Part shown: positions 1 to 8,604 of the stretch, piece by piece
Numbering within the stretch: the first letter of the stretch is position 1
Layout of the letters: each line of letters starts with the position of its first letter
Assembly: GCA_964541235.1 (NCBI GenBank)
Contig: CAZIPI010000013.1
Span: 2,036-66,035, forward strand
Source of the DNA: an uncultured bacterium
Lineage (GTDB): Bacteria > Fermentibacterota > Fermentibacteria > Fermentibacterales > JCC-6
DNA: 64,000 bases
Reading direction: 5' to 3'
The notes under the pieces: model-generated
What the model was told of the DNA's origin: nothing
Databases searched by the model: none
Seen by the model: only the letters and a program-made list of their open reading frames with translations
Translations under genes and position numbers: made by a program

Positions 1-470
1 GACTGACCCTGGACACCGCACTGGGCCGCATAAACAGGATGGTTTACGACAACACCCCCGACGACATGTTCATAACCCTTTTCGCGGCCTGCTACTCGCC
101 GGACGAGGGGACCCTTGTCTATGTGAATGCCGGGCACAACCCTCCAATGCTCTTCCGCGCGTCCGGGGAAAGGAGCCTGCTCACCCACGGCGGTCTTCTG
201 CTTGGTGTCCAGGACAGCGTGGAGTATTCTTCTGGGGTGGTAAGGTGCCTTCCGGGCGACACTCTTCTTCTTTACACCGACGGGGTCACTGAAGTCATGG
301 ATCCCAGCGGCATGGAGTTCGGTGAGCACAGGCTTGCGGACCTGGTGGCGGGGAACATCAACCTCTCGCTGGACGAACTGCTTCAACTGGTTGAGAGTGA
401 GGCGTCGGCGTTCCAGGAAGCGTCCGAGTTCCCTGATGACTTCACCCTTCTCGCCATGAGGAAGAGCTGA
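1..470 (+). CDS. PP2C/SpoIIE-family serine phosphatase, C-terminal fragment (5' end upstream of window)
   Basis: Frame open from window edge to stop at 468-470. Motifs MFITLF, YVNAGHNPP, LLLYTDGVTE and FPDDFTLLAM match the C-terminal half of SpoIIE/RsbU-type PP2C domains. Confidence 0.75.
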   Translation, partial: LTLDTALGRINRMVYDNTPDDMFITLFAACYSPDEGTLVYVNAGHNPPMLFRASGERSLLTHGGLLLGVQDSVEYSSGVVRCLPGDTLLLYTDGVTEVMDPSGMEFGEHRLADLVAGNINLSLDELLQLVESEASAFQEASEFPDDFTLLAMRKS

Positions 471-474
471 GGGT

Positions 475-2226
475 TCAGAACGGCCAGAACCTCAGTATCG
501 CCGGAACGGACGCGGCAAGCACGGCCAGGGTAAGGGGAAGGCCGGGCTTCCAGTAGTCGCCGAACCTGTACCCTCCGGGGCCCATGACTAGTGTGTTGGA
601 CTGGTGTCCCACCGGCGACATGAAGGCCGCCGATGCGCTGACCGCTACCCCCATGAGGAACGGGTCGGGGGAAAGCCCCAGCCCCGCTGCGATACCGATG
701 GCTATCGGGGCCATGAGGACCGCGGCCGCCGCGTTGTTGATGATGTTGGTCAGCATGATCGTGACAAGCATCAGGGCCATCAGTGAGAACACTGGAGGCA
801 CCCTGCCGCCAAGATGCAGGAGAAGCCCGGCGATGCTCTGGGCGCCACCGGTGCTCTCCAGGCTCTCGCCCACCGGTATCAGCGCTCCCAGCATGATTAT
901 CACCGGCCATTCAATGCTCTCATAGAGCCTTCTGAGGGTCACCAGCCCCGTGAGCACCATTGCCGTGGCCGCTATCACAAGGGCTATCTGAACCTTCAGC
1001 AGTCCCAGTGCGATGGCCAGTATCGAGGCTCCGAAGATACCCACCGCCGGCAGTATCCTGGGCTCCTCGCCCAGCCGCAGCTCCCTCTCCGCAAGGGGCA
1101 GGCACCCCAGTGAGCTGAAGGTGTCCTGAATGCCTTCGGCTCCGGCCTGGAGCAGAAGGATGTCGCCTCCCCGGAAGGGGATCTCTCCCAGCCTGCGGGT
1201 CAGCCGCTTGCCCTGTCTGGCCACCCCGAGGAGATTGGCTCCGAACCTTTTCCTCAGGTCAACGGATCTGGCGGTGCGCCCCAGGATGGGCGAGTCGGGC
1301 ATGACCACGGCTTCGTAGAGGCTTGTCTTCATGTCCTTCAGCGCGTCGCTGCCGCCCTTTCCGCCAAGGCGGAGCCCTCCGTGCTCCGCGAAGTCGCCCA
1401 GCAGTTCAGGGTCGGCCTCCACAACCAGGATGTCGCCCTCGAGAACCCGCTCGTGGGCCCTGGGCGCCGGTATCCGCCCGCCGTTCCTCTCCAGGGCCAG
1501 CACCAGAACGTCCCACTTCCCCAGGGAGAGGAGTTCGTTCAGTGGCCTTCCGATGAACCTGGAACCCGGAAGGACCTTCAGCTCGCTCACGTACTCCTCG
1601 ATCCGGAAGAGCTCCCTCTCATCGCGCCCCACAGCCCTTCGGGGCATCATGCGCCAGCCGACGAGCCCAAGCAGGAGCACGCCCGCCAGTGCGGCAGCGG
1701 CTCCCACCGGGGTGAAGTCGAACATCAGGAACGGCTTCCCCAGGGTCTCCGAGCGGTATAGAGAGATGATGATGTTGGGCGGCGTTCCTATAAGGGTGGT
1801 CATCCCGCCCAGCAGGGAGCCGAAGGCCAGGGGCATGAGGTAAAGGGAAGGGCTGCGGTTGCTTCGCTGAGCAATTCGAAGGGCAACAGGGAGGAACAGG
1901 GCCAGGGCGCCAACGTTGTTCATGAAACCAGAGAACACTGTCACAAGGCATGTGAGCACAAGGACCTGAAGGGTGAGGCTGTTCCCCATCCTCATCATTT
2001 TTCTGGCAAACACATCCACTATGCCCGAGTAGAGCATGCCCCTGCTGATGATGAGCACCGCCGCCACCGTGACCACCGCCGGGTGCCCGAATCCTGAGAA
2101 CGCGTCTTCCGGATCTATGATGCCCGCCGAAACGAGAACGATGAGGGCCATAATGGATACAAGATCGTAGCGGATGCGGCTCTTCACGAAGAGAACAAGG
2201 GCAAGGGCTATCACCGCGAACACCAT
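475..2226 (-). CDS. SLC13/DASS-type anion permease with two central TrkA-C (RCK_C) domains
   Basis: Multi-TM halves flank two RCK_C-like repeats (YVSELKVLPGSRFIGRPLNEL...; LYEAVVMPDSPILGRTARSVDL...GDILLLQ). The ORF runs to 2316, but ATG 2226 (MVFAVIALALVLF) aligns with the N-terminus of the paralogue at 63890. Start uncertain. Confidence 0.8.
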   Translation of the reverse strand: MVFAVIALALVLFVKSRIRYDLVSIMALIVLVSAGIIDPEDAFSGFGHPAVVTVAAVLIISRGMLYSGIVDVFARKMMRMGNSLTLQVLVLTCLVTVFSGFMNNVGALALFLPVALRIAQRSNRSPSLYLMPLAFGSLLGGMTTLIGTPPNIIISLYRSETLGKPFLMFDFTPVGAAAALAGVLLLGLVGWRMMPRRAVGRDERELFRIEEYVSELKVLPGSRFIGRPLNELLSLGKWDVLVLALERNGGRIPAPRAHERVLEGDILVVEADPELLGDFAEHGGLRLGGKGGSDALKDMKTSLYEAVVMPDSPILGRTARSVDLRKRFGANLLGVARQGKRLTRRLGEIPFRGGDILLLQAGAEGIQDTFSSLGCLPLAERELRLGEEPRILPAVGIFGASILAIALGLLKVQIALVIAATAMVLTGLVTLRRLYESIEWPVIIMLGALIPVGESLESTGGAQSIAGLLLHLGGRVPPVFSLMALMLVTIMLTNIINNAAAAVLMAPIAIGIAAGLGLSPDPFLMGVAVSASAAFMSPVGHQSNTLVMGPGGYRFGDYWKPGLPLTLAVLAASVPAILRFWPF

Positions 2227-2372
2227 CAGCTGCTGTGCCAGGACCGTACCTCCCTGTTCAGCCGGGAACCTACCCGCTCGGGACGGTTCCGCGCAACCCG
2301 ACCCCATGCCCCGCACTTGTGAGCGCGGCCCCCGGGGAATATGCTTCCTGCGTTCAACGGAAGGAGCAGTGC

Positions 2373-3788
2373 TTGGGAAAGACTGCGTGGCCGGGGATAG
2401 GGCGTCCGGGAGGCTCGGGGATCCTCCTGCACCCCACCAGCCTGTGGGGGAACTGGGGAATAGGCACCCTGGGCGAGGAACTGCACTCCTTCCTTGACTG
2501 GGCTTCCGATGCGGGGTTCAACTGGTGGCAGATACTGCCGCTTTCCCCCACCGGCTTCGGAAACAGCCCGTATCAGCCGCTCTCCTCCTTCGCCGGGAAT
2601 CCGCTTCTGATATCCCCCTCCACCCTTCACCGACAGGGGCTGCTGACGCAAAAGGAACTTGCCGCGGAATCAAGCCCCCCCTCCCCCCGGGTGGAGTGGA
2701 AGTCCCTTCTCCCCCGAAGGCTGGGGCTCATGGCCAGGGCCGCCGAAAGGGCTTTGAAGCTGGACCCGCCGGGCTTCGATGCCTTCCTGGCACGGAACGG
2801 TGAATGGCTGGACCCCTGGGCCGCTTACGCTTCGCTCAAGGAGGCAAACGGAGGCGTGTCATGGCGTGAATGGAAGACCCTCACTGTCCACTGCGAAAAG
2901 GCGATGGTCCACCGCATGGTGCAGTTCCTCTTTCAGGAACAGTGGGATGCGGTTCTTCGCCGTTGCCTCGGCTCGGGGATCAGGGTCCTGGGCGACCTTC
3001 CCATCTACACCGCGCACGACAGCGCCGATGTCTGGTCGCAGCCCGGCCTGTTCATGCTCACCGGGTCCGGCGATCCGGCGGCGGTGGCCGGGGTCCCTCC
3101 GGATTACTTCTCCCGTACCGGCCAGCTCTGGGGGAATCCCCTCTACGACTGGGCGGCTCACCGTGAACAGGGCTACCGCTGGTGGGCTCTCAGGCTGTCC
3201 CGCGCCATGGACCTATGCCATTCGGTGCGAATCGATCATTTCCGGGGGTTCTGCGACTACTGGGAGATACCGGCCGGTTCACAGACAGCTGAGAACGGCG
3301 CCTGGAGGAAGGGCCCCGGAAAGCGGCTGTTCAAACGTGTGTCACGGGACCTGGGTGACAGGCTCTCGATCGTGGCTGAAGACCTGGGGCTGATAACCGG
3401 CGATGTGGCGGCCCTCAGGGAGGAGCTTGGATACCCGGGCATGCTGGTGCTCCAATTCGCTCTGGCGGACCCCGGCTTCAACCCGGCTTCGATCCCCTCG
3501 AACACGGTGCTCTATACCGGAACCCATGACAACGACACCACTGCGGGCTGGCTCAGGACTTCCGGCCTTCGAATGGAACTCGAAGATGTAACCGGAATCG
3601 CCCTGAGGTCACCGGCGAACCTGTGCGTCTTCCCGGTGCAGGACATACTTGGCCTGGGCAGCGGATCCCGGATGAACACTCCCGGGACCAGGGACGGCAA
3701 CTGGAGCTTCAGGCTCACACCCGGCTCCCTGGACACAGCAGCCGCGGCCAGATGGCGCAACCTGACGGCCTGTCGCAGGGGGACTTGA
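2373..3788 (+). CDS. malQ: 4-alpha-glucanotransferase (amylomaltase, GH77)
   Basis: GILLHPTSLWGNWGIGTLG, WWQILPLSPTG..SPYQPLSSFAGNPLLIS, VRIDHFRGF and GTHDNDT motifs. TTG at 2373 lies 6 nt after AAGGAG (2361-2366); the track ORF start at 2235 is probably too far upstream. Confidence 0.9.
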   Translation: MGKTAWPGIGRPGGSGILLHPTSLWGNWGIGTLGEELHSFLDWASDAGFNWWQILPLSPTGFGNSPYQPLSSFAGNPLLISPSTLHRQGLLTQKELAAESSPPSPRVEWKSLLPRRLGLMARAAERALKLDPPGFDAFLARNGEWLDPWAAYASLKEANGGVSWREWKTLTVHCEKAMVHRMVQFLFQEQWDAVLRRCLGSGIRVLGDLPIYTAHDSADVWSQPGLFMLTGSGDPAAVAGVPPDYFSRTGQLWGNPLYDWAAHREQGYRWWALRLSRAMDLCHSVRIDHFRGFCDYWEIPAGSQTAENGAWRKGPGKRLFKRVSRDLGDRLSIVAEDLGLITGDVAALREELGYPGMLVLQFALADPGFNPASIPSNTVLYTGTHDNDTTAGWLRTSGLRMELEDVTGIALRSPANLCVFPVQDILGLGSGSRMNTPGTRDGNWSFRLTPGSLDTAAAARWRNLTACRRGT

Positions 3789-3842
3789 CCGGACACCCCC
3801 GGATTCCTTATTTACATGCTGTGAAGTGACGGGAGGGCTGGA

Positions 3843-4439
3843 ATGCTTTTTACGATCCTCATACTTGCGGGCCGGCTGGTCGCCCCCCTGGACGGAGGCG
3901 CTACCAGCGGGGCTTCCCCACTCATCATAAACGAGTTCATGGTGCTTCCCACGGCCTCCTCCTCTGAACTCAGCGGTCAGTGGGTCGAGATCTACAACAA
4001 GAGCCGCGACTGGGTGAACCTTTCCGGCTGGTCACTGGTGAACCACCGGGGGGATGTGCACTACTTCGGCACATACATGCTTCCGCCCGAAAGCTACTAC
4101 GTCCTGGGCGCCAACGGCATTCACAGCGAGAACGGCGGGTATTCGCCCAACGGCATCTGGTCAGGCTTCTCCCTGTCCAGGTACGGCGAGCTGACCCTCT
4201 ACTCGCCGGGGCAGGACTACTCCGACATGGTGAACTGGGACGGCACATGGCCGGTGGAGCAGGGCTTCTCTTGCGAGAGGATAAACCCCGGCTGGGAATC
4301 CGGGCTACCCTCGAGCTGGGGCGCAGCGCAGTCACCGTTCGGTTTCGGCGACCTGGGAACTCCCGGAAGCCAGAACAGCGTCTATTCCAACTCATTCGCC
4401 CAGAACAGCTGGGCCTTCATCAAGGCGTTCATCAACTGA
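3843..4439 (+). CDS. Secreted single-domain lamin-tail-domain (LTD) protein
   Basis: N-terminal hydrophobic signal, then LTD signature LIINEFMV..GQWVEIYNKS..VNLSGWSL..GELTLYSP..DMVNW..TPGSQN. GGGAGGG RBS upstream. Confidence 0.8.
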   Translation: MLFTILILAGRLVAPLDGGATSGASPLIINEFMVLPTASSSELSGQWVEIYNKSRDWVNLSGWSLVNHRGDVHYFGTYMLPPESYYVLGANGIHSENGGYSPNGIWSGFSLSRYGELTLYSPGQDYSDMVNWDGTWPVEQGFSCERINPGWESGLPSSWGAAQSPFGFGDLGTPGSQNSVYSNSFAQNSWAFIKAFIN

Positions 4440-4447
4440 ATCCCGGG

Positions 4448-4951
4448 CTACTCCCCGGGTTTTCCGCCGAACCTCAGGGCTGAAGTGTAGTCGTCGAGGT
4501 CGTAGCGGATAAGGGTATCGGGCATCTGGATGCGGTCGAGCCTGACATCGGCTTCAGCGAGGAACTGCCCGGCGTGGCTGGAATGGTAGTCGCTGAACAC
4601 CACGACCCTGCGTATGCCTGTTGATACCAGGGCCTTGGCGCATGTGGTGCACGGCATGTTGGTGACGTAGGCGGTGGCGCCGTTGAGCGAGACTCCGTTC
4701 CTGGCCGCCTGGCATATTGCGTTCATCTCCGCGTGATTGGTTCGAATGCAATGACCGTCAACTATCAGGCATCCCACGTCGTCGCAGTGGGGCAGCCCGG
4801 GCAGGGACCCGTTGTAGCCGGTTGCGAGAACATGCTTGTCCCGCACCAGAACGCACCCGCAGTGCATCCGGGGGCAGGTCGCCCTCTCGCTGGCCAGCAT
4901 CGCCAGCTTCAGAAAGTACTGATCCCAGGATGGTCGCATCGGTTCTCCCAT
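4448..4951 (-). CDS. comEB: dCMP deaminase (ComEB family)
   Basis: WDQYFLKLA, zinc motifs HAEMNA and PCTTCA, VVVFSDY. Start ATG 4951 or 4939, both behind GGAG-type RBS. Lies 1 nt downstream of the stop of the 4953-6434 gene. Confidence 0.9.
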   Translation of the reverse strand: MGEPMRPSWDQYFLKLAMLASERATCPRMHCGCVLVRDKHVLATGYNGSLPGLPHCDDVGCLIVDGHCIRTNHAEMNAICQAARNGVSLNGATAYVTNMPCTTCAKALVSTGIRRVVVFSDYHSSHAGQFLAEADVRLDRIQMPDTLIRYDLDDYTSALRFGGKPGE

Positions 4952-4952
4952 A

Positions 4953-6434
4953 TCACTGACTCCAGTCGAGTTGAAGGCCGGTTTCGGTCCGGGTTGAGCC
5001 GCTTGTCTGTTCATAACCTGAACCGATGTTCTCCCTGTCGTACCAATGAAACCTGCCTATTCTCACCCTCAAAAGCCAGCCCTCTCCCAGTGTCGCCGAC
5101 ACCGAGGCCTGGAATGCGGCGCATCTATCGTAAAGCGCCGCCGACCCGAACTCGCCGGGGAACGAGAGCTTGTATATGTAGATCCGTGAGGGGTAACCCT
5201 GCGTGTCTGCGGCGGAGGCGGACAGGGTTGCGTCAAGCCCCGGGAGGAACGAATGCTTCATTCTGAACTCGGCGCCGGCCCCCCATAGCGTGGAGTCGCC
5301 CCGGCTGCATGCGGTGACCGGGAGCCTCACCGTAAGCGTGGTGTTTCTGCCGGGCCGCCACGAAGCCCCCAGGGAACCCCTGAGGGTGGTCTCGCCGCCG
5401 GACGAGGAGGCGGTGAGCTTCTGGGTGACCGTGGTTCCCGGGAAGGGCGTCACCTCGGCCTGAACGCCTGCCTCGGTCACGATGCCGCCGCCCCGGTCCG
5501 CTACCCGGAAGCCTGAGGTAATGGTGGTTCTCCGCCCCGGTTTCCATCTGATACCGTACCCCCCCGCCAGATCGTGACTCGCCCCCAAGGGCACCGATGA
5601 CCTCCCGGAGGGAAAGGAGGAAGGGCAGCGGCTGGCGGAAAGCGAGTGGCGGAAATCGCCGGCATCGCTGTACACGCCGGCAAGGAACGCCAGGGGATAG
5701 CTTCCCCGGTGAAACCCCAGACTTGCCTCGCCGGTGAGCACACCGCTCTCACCCTCAAGGCGAAGGTCAACACCCAGCCTGCCGGAGACCTCTGTCGAAT
5801 CACAGGCACGGCTGATCAGGGCTCCCGAAAGCCCGATATCACCTCCGGAAACCCTGGCGAAAGAGAAGGATTCGTTCACCGCCCCTTTCTGCAGGATCTC
5901 TGCAGCCGTTCTGTGGAGCCCTGTGCCGGAACGGTCCATACGGGAGAACGCCTGGAGCAGGCTGATATCCAGCCCCGATGAACGGAGCGCCAGGCCTGCC
6001 CCGGTGAGGGGGTGACAATCGCAGTCGCCGGGGCTTGAAGCCGGTTCGATGAGATTCCGGTGGACCGGCGGCTTCACCAGGGAAAGCGGGTCGCCGGAGA
6101 TCGAGCCGCCGCCATGGTCAGCGGTGAGCCCCAGGGCCATGCGGAGCCTCAGGAAGCCTGCGGTTACGCTCTGAAGCCCCCGGCCTTCGTGCCATCCAAG
6201 TCCGCCGGCCACAAGGTCGCCCCACCCTTCGCCCGGATCCTTCTCGATCATCAGCACACCGCTGAGCTTTCCGGCCTCGAAGGACGTTCGATGGAAGAAC
6301 GCCCAGGGATCGCCCGCCCAGTGGTTCTCAAGAATGCCCCTTGGCGGAGGGAACCGGCGTTCAAGCCTGAACCTCGTATCGGCCCCGTGAAGGAGGGAAG
6401 CGACGGCGGCAATGAGAAGAACGGCCATCTTCAT
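4953..6434 (-). CDS. Predicted outer-membrane barrel-like protein (EKDxGE motif), partner of the ComEA-fusion gene
   Basis: Signal peptide MKMAVLLIAAVASLL and long alternating Gly/Ser/Thr/aromatic strand-like pattern ending in ...GLQLDWSQ. N-terminal LSGVLMIEKDPGEGWGD resembles the region that follows the HhH repeats in large Bacteroidetes-type ComEA-like proteins (from memory, unverified). ATGA overlap with the upstream gene. Confidence 0.55.
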   Translation of the reverse strand: MKMAVLLIAAVASLLHGADTRFRLERRFPPPRGILENHWAGDPWAFFHRTSFEAGKLSGVLMIEKDPGEGWGDLVAGGLGWHEGRGLQSVTAGFLRLRMALGLTADHGGGSISGDPLSLVKPPVHRNLIEPASSPGDCDCHPLTGAGLALRSSGLDISLLQAFSRMDRSGTGLHRTAAEILQKGAVNESFSFARVSGGDIGLSGALISRACDSTEVSGRLGVDLRLEGESGVLTGEASLGFHRGSYPLAFLAGVYSDAGDFRHSLSASRCPSSFPSGRSSVPLGASHDLAGGYGIRWKPGRRTTITSGFRVADRGGGIVTEAGVQAEVTPFPGTTVTQKLTASSSGGETTLRGSLGASWRPGRNTTLTVRLPVTACSRGDSTLWGAGAEFRMKHSFLPGLDATLSASAADTQGYPSRIYIYKLSFPGEFGSAALYDRCAAFQASVSATLGEGWLLRVRIGRFHWYDRENIGSGYEQTSGSTRTETGLQLDWSQ

Positions 6435-7483
6435 TCCACTGTGAGGTAGCTTTTTAGGGTCTCGAGGGTGGAGGGGCCGATCCCCGGTACCTCAAGGAGC
6501 TGGTCGAGGCTTTCGACCGGACCGTTGCCGGCAAGCCATGCCAGGATCGCCGATGCCCTGGCCGGTCCGATTCCCGGGATCGCCGTGAGTTCCCTTTCGG
6601 TGGCGGTGTTGATGTTCACCGGGAACGCCACAGGAGGAGGCTCGGGAGCATGGCTGCCCCCCTGAATGGGCGCGGGAGAGAAGGCCGTCCTGCCCCAGCC
6701 CACCTCGCCGAGATGGCTGCCCTGAAGGCAGGGGTGGGTGGAGTATCCGTAACTGATGGAAGCGGCGCCCGGTTCTATCCCAACGGAGAACGACAGCCTT
6801 GCGGGGCCGGACAGGCACCCCAGGCCGAGAACGAGACCGGGACTGGGAGAAAGGGAGGTATGCACACCGAACTCAGCCCCCGTGTACCTGTGGAACACGG
6901 CGGCACCCGAGACAAGCAGGTTCTCAAGGGGAACAAGACCCGCCGAAGCGAAAACCGCTCCCGGGACAGCAGGAAGACCGCCGATGTGGGACGAATACAG
7001 CCCTCGGCAGCCAACACCCATGTAAACGCCGGCTGCGGGCCGCCCAACCACGGCCGCGGATGTTCCGATGGCAAAAGCGCCGCCGTACCCCTGTATGGCA
7101 AGCCTTCGACAGGACAGCGAAACTCCGGCGACGAGGCTTCTGGCCAGACGGAACGCCCCCGCTCCCATGAGTGTGAACTCGGAGTACTCGGTGGAGCCGG
7201 TGCCGGACAGCATCGCGCCCACCCCTGCGCCGGAGATGAACGTGTTCCCGGCGACGGCTACCCTGGAAAGCCGGGAGATGCCGAAAGGCCTGGAAGCGCC
7301 CACCGCAACACCTGTTCCCTCAAGCATTGCGGGAGCGGCCGGGTTAATGGAAACGGCAAGGGCGCTGCGGGGGAAAAGCGCCGCCGCATGGCCGTAGAGC
7401 CAGGGTGACTCGGGGCAGGCCTCGAACGCTCCCGAAGCCGCGGACACAACAAGCAACAGAACGGGCACGCACAGCTTCTTCAT
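6431..7483 (-). CDS. Predicted beta-barrel protein with C-terminal ComEA-type helix-hairpin-helix DNA-binding domain
   Basis: Signal peptide MKKLCVPVLLLVVSAASG. About 290 aa of Gly/Ala/Ser-rich alternating strands with INPAAPAML motif, then a Pro-rich linker. C-terminus VNINTATERELTAIPGIGPARASAIL...LDQLLEVPGIGPSTLETLKSYL is a ComEA HhH signature. Confidence 0.7.
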   Translation of the reverse strand: MKKLCVPVLLLVVSAASGAFEACPESPWLYGHAAALFPRSALAVSINPAAPAMLEGTGVAVGASRPFGISRLSRVAVAGNTFISGAGVGAMLSGTGSTEYSEFTLMGAGAFRLARSLVAGVSLSCRRLAIQGYGGAFAIGTSAAVVGRPAAGVYMGVGCRGLYSSHIGGLPAVPGAVFASAGLVPLENLLVSGAAVFHRYTGAEFGVHTSLSPSPGLVLGLGCLSGPARLSFSVGIEPGAASISYGYSTHPCLQGSHLGEVGWGRTAFSPAPIQGGSHAPEPPPVAFPVNINTATERELTAIPGIGPARASAILAWLAGNGPVESLDQLLEVPGIGPSTLETLKSYLTVE

Positions 7484-7590
7484 ACACGGAAGTACGGCCC
7501 CTGACACCTCTTTTTCAAGTGAGGATTGACCTTGAGCCCCATTCTTATGATGATTCGCAATCGACACTGGAGGGGCTGGAGGTTCAACCC

Positions 7591-8505
7591 ATGAGACGCG
7601 TTCCTATCCTTGTTCTGTTCCTCGCCGCGGGTTCCGCCGTGGCGGGCGGAGTACCCTGGTCCCACTTCAACCTTCTCAACTCCCCCAGCGCACACATGCT
7701 CAGGCACACTGAGATCGCCCTGGGAGCAGGCTTCACCCCCTTCTCCACCGAGGACTCCACCGGTGCCACGTCATCCCAGTTCGCATACGGCGCCCACCTT
7801 GAGGTGGGAATACTGGGCCGCGGCCAGGTGGGGGTGAGCTACCTCTCCAACGGCGGCGTGAGCGGCACCGCAAGGGCGCTCCTTCTCCGCGAGACCATCA
7901 AGACCCCGGGAATAGCCATCGGCTGCGAGAACATCACGGGTGAAGAGAACTACGAGGCCTACTCCCGCTACGACAGCCTCTACGATTACGGCAGAAGCCA
8001 GAACATTTCCATCTACGGCGTGGTGACAAAGGACTTCAGCTATTACCTCAGCATCCCGGTGTGCGCCAGCCTGGGTTTCGGCACGGGCCGCTTCACCCAG
8101 AGGAGCGGCTCCGACGACGGTTTCAGCAACCCGGTGCCCGGTGTCTTCGGCAGCCTGATGTTCCACCCTTCCCGTGAGTCGGAAGTGGTTCTCGAGTGGG
8201 ACGGTCGCGACCTGAACTTCGGCGGTTCGTACGGCGTCTCACCCAATGTTTCGGTGATGCTTGCCCTGGCCGAAATGGAGCAGTACTTCCGCTCCGACGA
8301 CCTCCGCGACGCTTCCGACCCCGGCCAGGTCCCCAAGTTCTGCCTGGGTGTCCAGGTCATCATTGGGCCCCTGTTCAACCGCACCGAACTCAGCCCCTAC
8401 CGCAGGCTCCGGTTCACCGAGAACGATGAAGCGCTCGAGGCCATCCGCCGGGAGCGGGAAGACGCAAGGCGCCGCATCGAAGAGCTGGAACGCGCCATCA
8501 GGTAG
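7591..8505 (+). CDS. Secreted/outer-membrane hypothetical protein with C-terminal charged coiled-coil
   Basis: ATG 7591 follows GGAGG repeats. Signal peptide MRRVPILVLFLAAGSAVAGG; strand-like body; C-terminal EALEAIRREREDARRRIEELERAIR. Function unknown. Confidence 0.55.
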   Translation: MRRVPILVLFLAAGSAVAGGVPWSHFNLLNSPSAHMLRHTEIALGAGFTPFSTEDSTGATSSQFAYGAHLEVGILGRGQVGVSYLSNGGVSGTARALLLRETIKTPGIAIGCENITGEENYEAYSRYDSLYDYGRSQNISIYGVVTKDFSYYLSIPVCASLGFGTGRFTQRSGSDDGFSNPVPGVFGSLMFHPSRESEVVLEWDGRDLNFGGSYGVSPNVSVMLALAEMEQYFRSDDLRDASDPGQVPKFCLGVQVIIGPLFNRTELSPYRRLRFTENDEALEAIRREREDARRRIEELERAIR

Positions 8506-8604
8506 CCGCCCCGCCCGATCCATCTTGACATCCGCGCTTTCCGGCGCAATGCTATTGCGTTGAATAGTTTATTAACAATTATTAATTTTTACTCTCTCGG
8601 AGGC

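Noticed and set aside
2235-2372. Track-proposed upstream starts for malQ (2235), htrA (56612), the 7591 gene (7405), tetR (63141), the thioredoxin-like gene (46644) and others.
   Set aside because: The upstream extensions lack family similarity and overlap neighbouring genes or promoters. Internal ATG/TTG/GTG codons have GGAGG-type RBS at 4-9 nt and give canonical N-termini or signal peptides.
7552-7561. The 10-mer GATTCGCAAT is shared by the 5' regions of the 7591 gene and of tldD (54779-54788, minus strand).
   Set aside because: It is a short single 10-mer with different distances to the start codons and no flanking similarity. It could be chance and is not enough to call a motif.
8553-8562. 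The 10-mer TATTGCGTTG is shared with 54842-54851, and a TAGTTTAT box at 8564-8571 resembles part of the conserved element.
   Set aside because: Arrangement and orientation relative to the element differ between the loci, and no -35-like box is present in the reverse orientation. This is most likely AT-rich promoter composition upstream of the recJ-like gene.
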